A DNA stretch of 64,000 nucleotides from Octopus sinensis. Lineage: Eukaryota. Location: assembly GCF_006345805.1 (NCBI RefSeq), contig NC_042997.1:58590001-58654000 (forward strand), given 5' to 3'. Below, one piece after another: positions 27,480-41,363 of the stretch. The notes under the pieces were generated by a model. It made no database searches. It saw only the letters and a list, made by a program, of their open reading frames with translations, and was not told the origin of the DNA. Position numbers and translations under genes: made by a program. Within the stretch, counting starts at the first letter, position 1. Each line of letters begins with the position of its first letter.

Positions 27480-28110
27480 CCTGGTGTTTTCTTCAAAACC
27501 GCAACTCTACCAAGAGAACAACCATCCTTCAATTAGACTTAAAACAAGAGTATGTAATATCAGCTATTGATGAGATGAAGATGAACTCAGCAATGGACCC
27601 TGATGATTTTCTGGTGATTAAGCAAGAAAGCACTGGCAAAAAACACTTTTGATAGTTTTCTAGAGAGTCCTGGAATGTTGCAAACTTCCCAAAAGCTTAA
27701 CATAAAGGAGGAAGCAGAGATTCTGAAAATGTCTTATTTTCTAGGCTCATACATTAGCAAAGTCATATAATGTATTGATAAAATGAAGCAGATCACGTTC
27801 CTAAAAAAATTATAAATGGCTTGCTCAGTGACGCGCAGCGCTTCTTCCGTCCAAGAAAGAGCTGGCTCAAACAGTTGCTTCAGGATTATGACTGGATACT
27901 GAAACAACGATTTAATCAGTTAAATGTCGAGTTGTTCACGGAATGATATATCATAAACTACCGAGGTCCCGCAGACAAAGCATTCAATCACTACACTCAC
28001 TGGAGAGATAGGTTTCAGAGCATTTGCATCTCTCTGAGGAGACATCAATTCTTAGCGAGAACTGTTCTAGAACTACTACTGTTTGCAATGACATTTTCAG
28101 TTGTGCCATT
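27480..28110 (+). mobile_element. Highly decayed CR1/Jockey-group LINE RT remnant
   Basis: Fragments AIDEMKMNSAMDPDDF, HKGGSR and QRFFRPRKSWLKQLL resemble GPD..P, HKGGS and QHGFR..RSC..QLL motifs. Confidence 0.55.
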
Positions 28111-28565
28111 AGTCATACAATCAACCATTCTCACCAACTACGCTGACCATACAGAAGAAAGCAATGTGCAGTTCATTACTGAATATTTTCAAGCGCTCCG
28201 CTATCACCCATGAACAGAATGTAACTAGAATATACAGGACCAGCAGGTATTGTAACTCCAGCGTAACAAACAGTGCGTGAACTGGGAATCCAAAAAAGTT
28301 ATGATGTACCATTCTGTGTGCACATTTCGAAATTGATAATGAGCACGTGACTGGTCGTTTGGATTCTGAGATCATTTAGAAAATTGAAAAAAGGAAACCC
28401 TGGACTACTGCTTCCAATTATGGTCAAACTAACAGTGTTATACAAAGAAGATTGTCCCAGTATAACAGGTGAGGTGTTGGGGGAAGCTAAAAGGGCAGAG
28501 GTGCTATTACCTAGAGAAAAATCTTGAAATATATACAATGATACATACATACATACATACATACA

Positions 28566-28640
<75 letters not shown>

Positions 28641-28664
28641 GTGAAAAGGAACACACGAGTTGAT

Positions 28665-28931
28665 ATATATGAAAAAACAAGTCAAAAATAGAAAATGCTA
28701 AAATAATTTTATAGTGAACATTTCAGTACCGGTTTCGGTCGGCAGAACGCCACCTATATCTGAACACTACTATAGAAATATTCCTTTAAAAAAACTTTTC
28801 TTCTAATTTTTCTAAATTTAATTATTTAATCGTTACAGTTGAAAAGGTCTCAAAATGACCGAAACCGGTACTGAAATGTTCACTATAAAATTATTTTAGC
28901 ATTTTCTATTTTTGTCTTGTTTTTTCATATA
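28665..28931. repeat. Fold-back cassette with ~75-bp near-perfect inverted arms in (TA)n
   Basis: 28665-28740 is the reverse complement of 28857-28931 with about one mismatch. Confidence 0.9.
28833..28876 (+). ncRNA. Minimal type I hammerhead, U3-A8 core variant
   Basis: CAG-UUGAAAA-GGUC(UCAAAAU)GACC-GAAA-CCGG-UA-CUG; palindromic stem III ACCGGU. Confidence 0.7.
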
Positions 28932-28955
28932 TATATATATGTATATATATATATA

Positions 28956-29468
28956 TCTATATATATAAAACTGTAGTTGTGTGAGTGTCTGTCCCCTTCG
29001 ATTTAGATTCCTAACTACTCCCACATTTTGCGGTGCAGTTAAACCAAATTCGGGTATCTTATAGTCGTAATTCATATTGAGCCCGTCTGAGTATTAGCGC
29101 GCGTCTACGATGAGTCTACGATTTTAAAAATAATTTAACATAATTTTTTATTCCATTTTAATGCATAATTTTTCGTGTGTCGATGGCGGCGGAGTTGGCG
29201 TCCCTGGTCACACCTGCACCTGTTTGCTTCTCCCCCTTCTTCCCTCCCTCGTGAAGCTGTGGGGAAGGGAGTGTAAGGAAATCAACGTCGTAAAGCGTTG
29301 TCAAGGAGACCAGCGTTCTTTTAGAACAACGACTTCATGGCTTGAAGACACCAAAACAGAAATGGCTAAGAAAGCCCGAATTGGCATCTATAAGGGAAGT
29401 AACTCTCTAAAAATGCTTATATAGTTATTTCCCTTACAAACCCGAGCAACGCCGGGCGATACTGCTAG
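28956..29468 (+). mobile_element. Non-autonomous Helitron
   Basis: A|TC 5' end; GC-rich hairpin CCCGAGC-AAC-GCCGGG at 29441-29456; CTAG|T 3' end; no TSD. Confidence 0.85.
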
Positions 29469-29794
29469 TATATATATATATATATATAGGCATGGCTGTT
29501 TGATTTTTTTTATTAAAAATAAATAATATTGCTTTATATATATATATGATTCACTTCTTTAAGAAAAGGTTTCTCAATGTCAACTTCCAGTGTTGACGTA
29601 GTAACTGCAAAAAAGCTCCACTCTGAATTTTGACGTTTGATTACAAGTTTTAATTCACTATTTGCAAACAACTACGATAAATTAGTGAAAGAAATATTTA
29701 CCAAGTTCATAAATTTAAACATTCCGTACAAGAACTTTTATTTATACGACTTTTTCATTTCATGTTTATTTCATTCATTCTTCACAATATTCTT

Positions 29795-29854
<60 letters not shown>

Positions 29855-30120
29855 GTCAGTCACACACGCACACATGTGTTTTGTAAGTACGTTTGTATAC
29901 ATTTATGCATGTGTGTTTGTGAGAGAGTGTGAGTGAGTCAAGGGGTGTGTTGTCTTGTATACATATGCATACATCTTTTTGCATGTGTGTGCGTGTGTGT
30001 GTCTGAGAGAGAGAGAGACAGAGATGTCTAAGTGGTATTCATTCTCTCTGTCTCTCTCTCTCATACACACAAACATAAAAAGGTGTGCGCATATTTATTT
30101 ATGTATGTACTATACATGAG

Positions 30121-30154
<34 letters not shown>

Positions 30155-30461
30155 CTCTCTCTCTCTCACACACGTCAATTATATCTGATCTTTGATACTC
30201 TGTGTGTGTGTGTGTGTGTGAGAGTGAGTGCGTGCATGGGACATTCCACAATCCCCATTTATATCAATTACTCTAGTGAAGATATTCACATAAATCATGT
30301 TTTCATTTAATCCCCATTTTAATTTTCGCAAAAGCTTCCAAGAACAATGTTCTCACTCTAGAAGAGGAGTCAGGGTAGATGTAGATGATCAGTATTCTAC
30401 ACACACACACAACACACACACACACTCACACACACACACACACTCACACACACTCATAGAA

Positions 30462-30845
30462 CTGGTTATATAGTAAGAAGCTTGCTTCTCATCCACATGG
30501 TTTCGGGTTCAGTACCACTGCGTGGCACATTGGGGAAGTGTCTTCTACTATAGTCCCAGGCTGACCAAAGCCTTGTGAGTGGATTTGGTAGACAGAAACT
30601 GAAAGAAGCCAGTCATATATATATATGTGTCTGTGAGTGTGTCTGTGTTTTTCCCCATCACCGCTTAACAACCGGTGTTGGTGTGTTACGTTCTAGTAAC
30701 TTAGCAGTTCGGCAAATAAGAGACCTATAGAATAAGTACTAGGCTTAAAAAATAAGTCCTGATGTCGATTTGTTTGACTAAAATCCTTTACGGCGGTGCT
30801 CTAGTATGGCCGCAGACATATGACTGAAACAAGTAAGAGTAAGAG
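30462..30845 (+). mobile_element. SINE family B, near full length
   Basis: A/B-box head (GGGTTCAGTACC), CACATTGGGGAAGTGTCTT CORE-like block, internal microsatellite, tail TGACTGAAACAAGTAAGAGTAAGAG. Confidence 0.9.
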
Positions 30846-30984
30846 TTAGAATGTAATATAATCATAGAATTCTGCCTCGGGTTATGTCATACTAAAGATA
30901 ATTCGAAAGTAGGATGAAAGGGCGTTATACATGGCTGCCAAAGACTGGAAATCTTAAAATCTTTCGTGGAAGACAAAGAAATAT

Positions 30985-31125
30985 TGGTTTCAATTTTTGG
31001 CAAAATATCAAAAATTTAATGGGAAAGGGTAAGTCGTTTACATTGACCCCAGGACTCAACTGGTATTTATTTTATCGACTCCGAAAGGATAAAAGGAAAA
31101 GTCTTCCTCGACGGAATTTGAACTA
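30985..31125 (-). mobile_element. SINE family A, decayed
   Basis: TTTATCGACTCCGAAAGGATAAAAGG..GGAATTTGAAC. Confidence 0.7.
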
Positions 31126-32283
31126 TTAAATATTAGATATGTATAGTCTGTATATCTTAGTCTTTACTCCTTGATTTAGATTTCAAACTTTTAAACCCGC
31201 CTAAACTTAACTTAATCAAGAAGGAATGTTATCTCCCCTATGATAGTTGACCACTAAAGATACACCTCGTGTTTATTTTTAAGGATGTTATTGCAGAAAT
31301 GGTAGCATACTGAATTACAACGTCTTGGTTATTTATCTATAGTTCTCAAACTTTATTGAAGTTATTTTTACAGCCTAGCCAGGAGAGGAACGGCACCCCC
31401 TGTGACCCTTTTCATGGCTTTACTGACTGATGGGATGAAAAAGAGATAAGTTATTCTTAGAGTAGTGGCCTGATTTGAATGCTTGCAACAAAATGAACTC
31501 CGCTACAGGCTATGGGATGGGTTAAAGCGAGCGGCAGACTTCCATCTATTCTAAGTTATTGTAGCAATTTATTTTCTTGCAAAAGGAAAACTGTACTCGT
31601 GACGTACGAGCGATGTGAACGTGCACCTACAAATATAATTTAAAGCTGTTGAATAAATCCATGGGTGCACCCATATGTTAACAGCAATATCAGTTCATAT
31701 CACCAGCGAAAACTGTAGTGACTCTAAATCGGCCGTTTCTAACATCCGACGAGCGTTTGGCGCCAGGCATATCTAATCGCTAGTGAACAGTACGTATCTA
31801 TTCGCTTGTGTTAACTCTATATAACTCTTATATTGCTCACTGATAGCAGACCAGCTAACCAGCACCAGCATTACAGCAACATTAGCCCTTTGCTGCTGCA
31901 ATTTTCATAACCAGAACTTTCTGCAATGAACTTTAATGACTTACTTCCCACCTATATAAATTCATATATTTACATATACTTCAAAACCTGAAAAACTACT
32001 GTAGGATTTTTTTTTACATGTATACGCACGCACACACGCGCATACATGCACGCACGCATATACACACAAACACACACATAACATATACAACGCACAACAC
32101 ACTTATACATATTTGAGATAAAAGAATATGTGTGAGTGTGTGAGTGTGTGAGCGTGGATGAGAGAGATAGAGATATCACACACGTACATGTACGAGTGAG
32201 TGTGCGTGAGTGAATATTGACAATACGTTTATGAAATACATTTGGTATATTTGTGTGTGTGTATGTGTGTTTGTGTGTGTGTG

Positions 32284-32324
<41 letters not shown>

Positions 32325-32667
32325 TGTGTGTAACATAGTTTGTGGAACGTTTCTTTTTCTTCCTCTAATCAGTAGCACTTAACTGTTTATCGTATATTCT
32401 TGACAACGAAAATTGAATTGTAGACTTTTTATATGTTAACATTAAACGTGTCGTTGAGAAATGTCAGTCAAATTCATTTATCGACAAGTAGAAAGTATAT
32501 CTTCACATTCAGCGATTATAATAGAATAAAACTATCTTTATAATTTCTTTTGCATAACGTCTTAAGAGGAATTTATATTTTCTGCAGATTTATAATTTTG
32601 ACAAGAGCAAAAGCAAGTGGCGATTCGATTCTTTACGATTACAATTTGCGTTGCAAGTCAACAGACT

Positions 32668-32860
32668 GCAGATATGCTGGAGCATCACCTTGGAAGGTTT
32701 AGTCGAACAAATCGACCCCAGTACTTTTTTTATTTTTAAAATTTTTTTTTTTAAGTCTGGTAGTTATTCTATTTGTCTTTTTCACTGAACTGCTGGGCTA
32801 CAATGACGTAATCAAACAAACACCGGTTGTCAAGTGGTACTGGCTAACGAACATAAACAC
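32668..32860 (-). mobile_element. SINE family B, 3' part
   Basis: ATGCTGGAGCA..TTTAGTCGAACAAATCGACCCCAG..GGTTGTCAAGTGGT. Confidence 0.7.
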
Positions 32861-33229
32861 AATGACAGCTGTCGACGTTTTCTACCAAAAGGGTCGCCAG
32901 GACTACATTTGCTGTTACCCCTCAAAGCACAAATTCTACCTACATAATACGGCTCACATGTCTAAGATAGCGTTGCTTCTACAAATACAAATATTACAGG
33001 CTACACCCAAAACATAGTCATGAAGCTCACTGACAAAGGTCCACTCAACAGCACTTTAACGCCTCGTCGTTCACCCCCACCCAACCCCTCACACACACCA
33101 ATCTTTATTCACAAAGAGCATGCCCCTATAGAAGTCTCAGCTGATTTCCAACCGCAACGACTTCCAGTCAGTCACTATAAAGACGATGGGTGCTACCTCT
33201 CCTTCTTTGACTAAAAGATAAACTAAGAA

Positions 33230-33871
33230 GATGAAATGTATCCGTGTGTTGATACTGACAAGAGAAATGTGTCTTTGTCACCAGTGAAACTGTCCTGCAC
33301 ACGATTGTGCAATGCCCCAAGGTGACTGAGCTCTGGGCTTATATCGAACACCTGCTGTCGCATTCGAGAAGAGTACAACTGTCGAGCGAATCTGTAATTA
33401 AAATCGTTCTGCCGACCTGTTTTCTCTCGGTAGTTGCTGTTGCGAAAGAAGTAGTATGGAAGACGAGAGGGAAAGGAATTGTGGCGGGCATGTTCATCTC
33501 CAGTCTCGAGCTAATTGACTTTTTCCACATGAAACGGAAAATATGGCTGGAGAAGAAATGCCTCTCGCAAAGTGTGTTTCGTAAAAGATGGAAGTCTATA
33601 GCAAGTATGTTGCGAGTAAAAGAACCTGTTTAAACGAGAATATAAAAAGGAGAAAGCAAAGTCTTCAGTGTGAGTATGTGATTTGTGGGGTCGACCGCGT
33701 CATCCGCTTCATTTTTTGTAAATCACTCATTCTCATTTAATTGCATGTATTTTAGTTGTTTGTTTACTCATGCATTTCGTCTCTTTCGATACCCTAACCC
33801 CAATGTTTGTTTTGTCTGTCCGTCCTCGTATCGTCCCCTCTTTTTCTCAACCTCATGGTTAATAAAGAAAT
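33230..33871 (+). mobile_element. L1/Tx1-clade LINE 3' end (zinc knuckle, C-terminus, 3' UTR)
   Basis: ETVLH.IVQCPKVTELW..VAVAKEVVWKTR..DFF..KRKIWLE..FRKRW; T-rich UTR ending AATAAAGAAA. Confidence 0.75.
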
Positions 33872-34607
33872 TGACTTATAATTCAGTCACCTTTTCCAGT
33901 GCCATTTCGTTTTATACGAAATTAACATGTATATTGCTGAAGTAACAAATGCATACGTATTTGTTGAAAGAAAAACTTATTAACATGTTTAATGCTAATA
34001 AAATCATAATAGCAAGTGGCTGACTCGGAACAGCGAGTTGGCAGAAAATGGGGAACAGCGCAGAAAATGGGGAACAGCAGTCTAAATGTTTTTGTGAACA
34101 AATGGATTTAGTTAACTTCGACGTTTCTATTTTTCCGAGTTCCTGTCAATGCTGAGGTCAACATTGTTTCTCATTCCTTTGAATGCCATTATTTATAGCT
34201 TTATGTGCTTCAAGATCCACTATTCCAAAAAGATATTGTGGATGCAGGTATCACTGAATAGTTAACAGTAAATTCTCTTTGAAAAGTCTGTTCGATCCCG
34301 TTGCACAGCGTATTAGGCGAGGAATATTATAGACATGATTTGGCCCAAACCTTAAAAAGTGTTTGATTTGACAGGAAGGGTATAGAAGCCCATCTGATAG
34401 ACAGTTCTTGCAATTCAAAAGTTCAGTATTATCACACTGTATATATAATGTCGTTTCTACATTAGAACTATGTTTAGCTTATACGCGGAACACTCGGCCA
34501 ATTTGTATGCTAATGTTGCCCATTTGATCAAATAAGTGGAATCTCACGCTAGTTTATTCCTTTATCATATAAATTTAATAAGTTAGCCTTGTGCCTAATT
34601 AAAAGAA

Positions 34608-34805
34608 AATGAGGCCTGAAATTTTGGGGAGGGGACTAATCGATAGCATCGAACCCAGTTCTCAACTGGTACTTATTTCATCGACCCCAAAAGGATGAAA
34701 GACAAAGTCGACCCCGTTGGCGTTTGAACTCAGAACGGAAAGACGGACGAAATGACGCTAAGCATATTGCTCAGCGTGCTAACGATTCTGCCAGTTAGCC
34801 GCCTT
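34608..34805 (-). mobile_element. SINE family A, full length
   Basis: Minus strand GGCGGCTAACTGGCAGAATCGTTAG (A-box)..GAGTTCAAACGCC (B-box) plus central domain. Confidence 0.9.
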
Positions 34806-35498
34806 ATATGTGGCAAATAATATAGCGTTGAATGGTAACTTGTCTCAGTACTCAAGTTGCAAATCGATTTAAATTCTAATTGGTACTAACTCATTTCAAT
34901 AATTGTTTTGAAGAAAAAGAAAAGACTATCAACATCACAAATTCATTTCCCACTTTACAAAGTAGTAAATGAATTTTTTAAATTTCCTCCTTTTGTAAAG
35001 AAGCTATTTTTATTAAATTCATCTATTTATCAAAATTTGTTCTTCGACATTTTTTTGAGGTTTACTTTCAATTACATAAGAGATCATACATGAATGCCCC
35101 ATATCTACCGATTTCCTGGAGATATATGAATGGGACTGGATCAATAGAAATGCAACTAATAAATGATATGGAGTTATTCTTTACAAGAAAGAAGAAAGTC
35201 GATTAAGGCTTGCATGTAATTTATATTCAGAAAATTCATTTAAAAGGCAAAGGTGGTAGATTTTAAAAATGAATGTTTTATGAATAGAATGAAGCTTAAC
35301 GAAAGTGAAAAATACACTGGAAAATTATAGCCTACACCCTAGTTTCCTTATTTCTAGAAGCTGTAGAATAAAGAAGAGATTTTTAAAACTCCATGAGCGG
35401 TTAATTAATAAGTATACTTCTCGAGAATAATTAATATTTATTACCTTGAAGATCTCATTGCTTTCCGACTAATACGAATCCATTTACACACACACACA

Positions 35499-35552
<54 letters not shown>

Positions 35553-35690
35553 GTTGAAATTTATAGGCAAGCAAAAGACGAAGACAGATATATAAACAAC
35601 AAGCAGGTGTATTAGTTTGACGCTCGGGAAAGTGAGAGAGTCTTATATGTTTCGAGCCTACGCTCTTCAACAGAAAGGAAGACGAGGGAA
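35553..35690 (-). mobile_element. Short Penelope-type terminal repeat fragment with minimal hammerhead variant
   Basis: CUGUUGA-A-GAGC-GUAG-GCUC-GAAAC; homologous to 59686-59860. Confidence 0.6.
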
Positions 35691-36673
35691 AATTTAAAAA
35701 ACTTGTGGAGTTAGAGGTCAGTCACGGCAATTGTTGGACAAAGGTGGTTAGACAGGAGAGCTAGGAAGAAGGGGAGATAATAAAGTACTGGTGATCCCAA
35801 AACGAAGGTGCGCGTGCGTATGTGTATGTAAGAGTGTGTGTGTGTGCATCTGTAATGTGTGGGTGTGGATAATAGTGTGGATGCTGAGAAGTGATCAGTG
35901 CTAGTGTGTGCAGAGTGATGTGACGTGGTGTGACGTGGTGTGGTAGTGTGTGGTGTAGTGTGGCGTTGTTGGGGTATGTGAATGTGGAGGTGGGGTGTGG
36001 GAATGTGAGGGTGGGGTGTGGGTTTGGGGTGAGGATTATATATATATTCCACGTCGAAAGACGCCTGTTGTTATGTCCTGTTTTTATTATTATTGTTTTT
36101 TTATTGCATTTTGTATTTATATTCGTGTAACATCGTCTGTTTTTCCGTCCTTGTTTCGTATACATTCGTTGCTCTTTTCCAAGGAATCAAATGCTCTTGG
36201 CTTAGTTTTTCCTTGGGCTGGCCATACTGGAGCCATCTCAAGATTAATCAGCCGAAACTGCGAGGATGATCCGGTTCTTGACTGAAGATAAAAGGCTTCG
36301 AATGACCCGTCCGTGTTTTTTGTATCGTCTATCTGGATGCTTTGTTGTCCTGTTATTTTATCATATATATATATATATATATGGGAGTGGTTATGTAGTA
36401 AGTAGCTTGCTTCCCAACCACATGGTTATGGGTTCAGTCCTACTGCGTGTTACCCTGGGCAGGAGTATTTTACTAGGGCCTCGGGTAAACTGAAATTGAA
36501 AGAAGCTTGTGTATAGACTAATGTTACTCGTGTCATACCTTTCAATTATATATGAGTGTTGCAAAACTGAGAGTCCAGAGGATAATCCAAAGTAATAAAT
36601 GCTGTAAAGTTGACAATTCAAAGCAGCCATGTATTAACAATGTTGGCCAGAGTCAATATATTTCGACCGAATT

Positions 36674-37081
36674 AATCCTTTCAATTATAGTCCCAAGGCC
36701 TGAAATTTTGGGGGAAGGGGCCAGTCGATTAGATCAACCCCAGTACACAATTGGTACTTAATTCATCGACCCTGAAAGGATGAAAGGCAAAGTCGACCTC
36801 GGCGGAATTTGAACTCAGAACGTAACGGCAGATGAAATACCTATTTCTATTTCTTTACTACCCACAAGGGGCTACACACAGAGAGGACAAACAAGGACAG
36901 ACAAACGGATTAAGTCGATTATATATCGACCCCAGCGCGTAACTGGTACTTATTTAATCGACCCCGAAAGGATGAAAGGCTAAGTCGACCTCGCCGGAAT
37001 TTAAACTCAGAATGTAGCAGCAGATGAAATACTGCTAAGCATTTCGCCCGGCGTGCCAACGATTCTGCCAGCTCGCCGCCT
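36674..37081 (-). mobile_element. SINE family A, dimeric/tandem copy
   Basis: Clean head GGCGGCGAGCTGGCAGAATCGTTGGC at 37081; central domain present twice (about 36765-36835 and 36955-37030). Confidence 0.9.
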
Positions 37082-37393
37082 CATTTTGTGCGAAATATTG
37101 GAATATTTGCATAAAAACCGGCCATGGTTAACAGAAACCGTGTTTACGACCACTTGTTGGCTTTGAATATTAATCTATTCTATCCTCACGTGCGGACATA
37201 ACATACATTCACACTCACAAACATATTTTAGTACATACGTACAAACATTGCAATATGCAAGTGCATGTACATATCTATGCACGATATATATATATATATA
37301 TATCAAAAGGATGCGTTATAACACTATTTCACATATACAAAAACAGCCCTACCAACAATCCAACATACCTCCATCATCAGCTACCTCACGGAT

Positions 37394-37433
<40 letters not shown>

Positions 37434-37932
37434 GCCTGTTCAATCCCGCTGCACAGCATATTAGGAGAGGACCATTATAGACTCGATTTGGCCTAAACCA
37501 TACGAGGTTATTTGATTTGACAGGAAGGGCATAGAAGCCCATCGGATGGTCAGTTCTTGTAAACCAAAAGTTCTGCCTAGACACACTGTATATATAATAT
37601 TGTTTCTACATGAGAACTATGTTTAGCTTACATACGGAATACTCAACCAATTTGCACGCTAATTTTGTATTATGTTGCCCAGTAGATCAAACAGCTGGAA
37701 GCTCAGATATCACAGTCGATATGAGGTCTCATCACACGCACTCACACACACACTCACATGCACATATGTATATTGTTGGCACCATAAGAATCTATAAACT
37801 TCGAGAGAGCGTGAAATAATCCGTTTTTGGAAAACGGTGGATCTCGAAGCAGATAAAGCTATAAACAATAGCGTGTAAATATTAGGTTAAAAACCCTTTG
37901 AATAGAAAAACGGCTGCCCATCCAAAAGCAGG

Positions 37933-37969
<37 letters not shown>

Positions 37970-38007
37970 TGTATGTATGTATGTATGTATGTATGTATGT
38001 ATGTATG

Positions 38008-38085
<78 letters not shown>

Positions 38086-38086
38086 T

Positions 38087-38117
<31 letters not shown>

Positions 38118-38120
38118 CAC

Positions 38121-38155
<35 letters not shown>

Positions 38156-39176
38156 CGTATGTATGCATGTATGTATATATATATACAGAGAGGGATAGAG
38201 AAAGAAAATGAGAGGGGAAATCAACACAAGATACGTTCACAATGACAAGTAGGCTGACGCTCGGCAGAGTAGAAAGAGTTGTCTCAGATATTGCCTTTCT
38301 ATGGAATAGAGATATAGGGTGGGAAGAGAGGACAGGAAGATGGGGAAAATAGAAAACAAAAATGAAAAGGATGCAAAATACCCCACGTATGTTAGTAACC
38401 AGATATCCTGCCGAGTTAAGAAAAAAATTTTGCAGACAAGAGTTATGATGGTGAATAAATGAAGTCGAAACGAGGTTGTTTCAAAAACGAATACCTACAA
38501 AATTTCTTGAATATTAAAAAAAATGTGACTTGAAGTTACAGAGGCCATAGTAGAAGTTATTCGGTGTCGTTTACTCCTAGGAATGCCTAGAGTTGACCTC
38601 GAGTATATCAGATAATTGAGTTATTCGCATCGTGCGGACCTCAACGATTAACGCTTTCTAAATTTAAAATTACTTCGTGTATGAGGATTATCGCCAAGAC
38701 AAAACAGAACGAACAAAGAAAGCTGAGAGACAAAGAAAAGAATTGCCAATGGAAGAAATCGATGGATTTTTAGAATTTTTGACGATGAAGAGCATGCAAC
38801 AATGGATGGAGAGAAGGAAGAAAAGGGTGAGAGAAAGTTATACAAGTCAGAAGACAATTTAAAATGCATCCCGTTGCTCTAGGCTGATACACAAAGAGAA
38901 TATTGTAACAAACGTTTTTACAACGTTTATAAAAAATTATAAAAGACCATTTTGTGCATATGCTGATTTAAGTCAATAAACACTTGTGACAAAACTGCAT
39001 CCAATTAATTCATTCCCATTTACATTTATATCGATTTTCATACACTTTTGATGTTTCAAAAAATAAAAATTCAGTGTTCAAAATGTAGTCAACAATAGGT
39101 GATTTTATGAGGACATATTCAAATAGTACTGTTTCGATTATTGCAATGCTCTGACGCATCGCACAATTACTTACGG

Positions 39177-39233
<57 letters not shown>

Positions 39234-39732
39234 CTCTCTCCCCTCTCTCTCTCTCTCTCTCTCTATCTCTATCTATCTATCTGTCTATCTCTCTATCTAT
39301 CCATCTATCTCTCCTCTCTCTCTTTCTCTCCATCTTCCTCTCTATGTCTCCATCTCCCTCTTCTCTCAACACAAACACACACTTGAGTGATGGAACAAAG
39401 AAGAGAGTAGCACTTAGTACATTTTTTAGGAGTTACATATATTTTTGATAGCATTTCCACGTAAAGATTCATAGGTGCACAGGAGAATGTCATCTCATCA
39501 TACTAGCATCTGATGAGATGTACTTGTCCCAAACGGCCAGAAAACTTTAAGCCATGTGGAACTGATTCAAACTGCTATTAATACGTATATACATAAATAC
39601 GCACATACGTATATACATACGTATACATACATACATACATACATACATACATACATACATACATACATACATAACATACATACATACATACATACATGTG
39701 TGTGTGTATTTATATATCATATGTATCTATAT

Positions 39733-39969
39733 CTTTTACTTGTTTGAATCATATGACTGTAGCCATGCTGGGGCACCGCTTTTGAAGGGTTTTAGTCGAA
39801 GAAGTCAACTCCAGGCCTTATTTTTGTAAGCTTGGTGCTTATTCTATTGGTCTCTTTTGCCGAACCCCTAAGTTACGGGGAGGTAAACACACCAATACCT
39901 GTTGTCAAGCGGGGGTAGGGGACAGACACAAGCACACACACACAACACACACACACACACACACACATT

Positions 39970-40015
<46 letters not shown>

Positions 40016-40160
40016 CACGGCGGGACGGCGGGTTTCTTTCAGTTTCCGTCTACCAAATCCACTCACAAGGCTTTGGTCGGTCCGAGGCTATAGTAGAAGA
40101 CATCTGTCCAAGATGCACGCAGTGGGACTGAACCCGGAACTTCGTCGTTGGGAAGCAAGA
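39733..40160 (-). mobile_element. SINE family B, near full length
   Basis: Reverse complement of the 30462-30845 organisation, including the internal (CA)/(TA) tract. Confidence 0.9.
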
Positions 40161-40830
40161 TTGTTACTAAAGCCCCCTACACACACACGTACACACACAC
40201 ACACACACCACACACACACACATACACACACACACATACACACACACACACACACACACATATATATCCGAGTCCTAACACATTATCTTCTTCATAACGT
40301 AGTTGTGCATATATTCACTTCACCGCGTATTCATTAATGTCAAGTAAAATTAACATAGGTTTTAATTGTGAAGTGCTTCAAATCTTTTCCTTTCACATCA
40401 TTTTTACATTGTGTTTTGAACGTTTAAGAATTATCTTCCAACTAGTTTTTGGTTTTGTTTCTTCAAATTCATCAACTGTCTTGTATGAAACAATTTTCCC
40501 ATAGTTTTCTAGATCTTTTTTCAATAAGCCACTTTGTCAATTTCGCTTTCCAGGCGCGTATTTGAGTTTTTTCATCCCTTAAGTGAAGTTGATTCAAATT
40601 CATGTTTACTTTGTGTGTGTGTTTGTGTGTGTGCGTGCGTGTTTGTAGGCTTTGATGAATATAAGCATACGCACAGTATACGATATATGCAAGCAGAGAT
40701 GAAGAATTCACATATAACAACGGAAACACTTATATACACGATCAAACCGACAAACACACGTTCAGATAAATACTGTGTGCGCCTTCAGGGTACTTTATAA
40801 TTGGACGAAAATAATTATGCAAGCGCGCGC

Positions 40831-40869
<39 letters not shown>

Positions 40870-40882
40870 CGCACACGCACAC

Positions 40883-40913
<31 letters not shown>

Positions 40914-41143
40914 TCTGAGAGAATACAAATTCACACTCAGTCAGAATCAAGCACTCACACACAGGTGGAGACTATAGCATATATTCACACGCCGCGCAAC
41001 GACGCACTCACACACACACACACACAAACCAATAGACTGTAATAAACATGCACAAACCGTGAAACATGCATTTTACGTTTTCCAAACACATGTATAGTGT
41101 GCACACACATAGTAATGAAAACACAAAATGAAACAATAGTTAA

Positions 41144-41363
41144 CCCTTTAGTGTTCATACTATTTAGTCAAATGTAATCCTTATTTAATCGCATAATTTT
41201 GAATTAATCATGCATTAACCTTTAGCTTTTAGATTTTGATGGCGTGATTGTTTATTTTTAGAATGACATTCCTGGGTAGGTGTGACAGATCAGAGATGGC
41301 TGGTTTGAACATAAAACAGGTAGAATATTTTTGCCGGATGTGGCTGGTTTAAATACTAAAAGG
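41144..41363. mobile_element. piggyBac-type MITE
   Basis: TTAA|CCCTTTAGTGTTCA ... TAAATACTAAAAGG|TTAA. Confidence 0.8.

Noticed and set aside
36990-37081. tRNA gene
   Set aside because: A/B boxes belong to a SINE head; no complete cloverleaf.
38677-38862. Charged 61-aa ORF as a host exon
   Set aside because: Purine-rich low complexity, no recognisable domain, no convincing splice sites.
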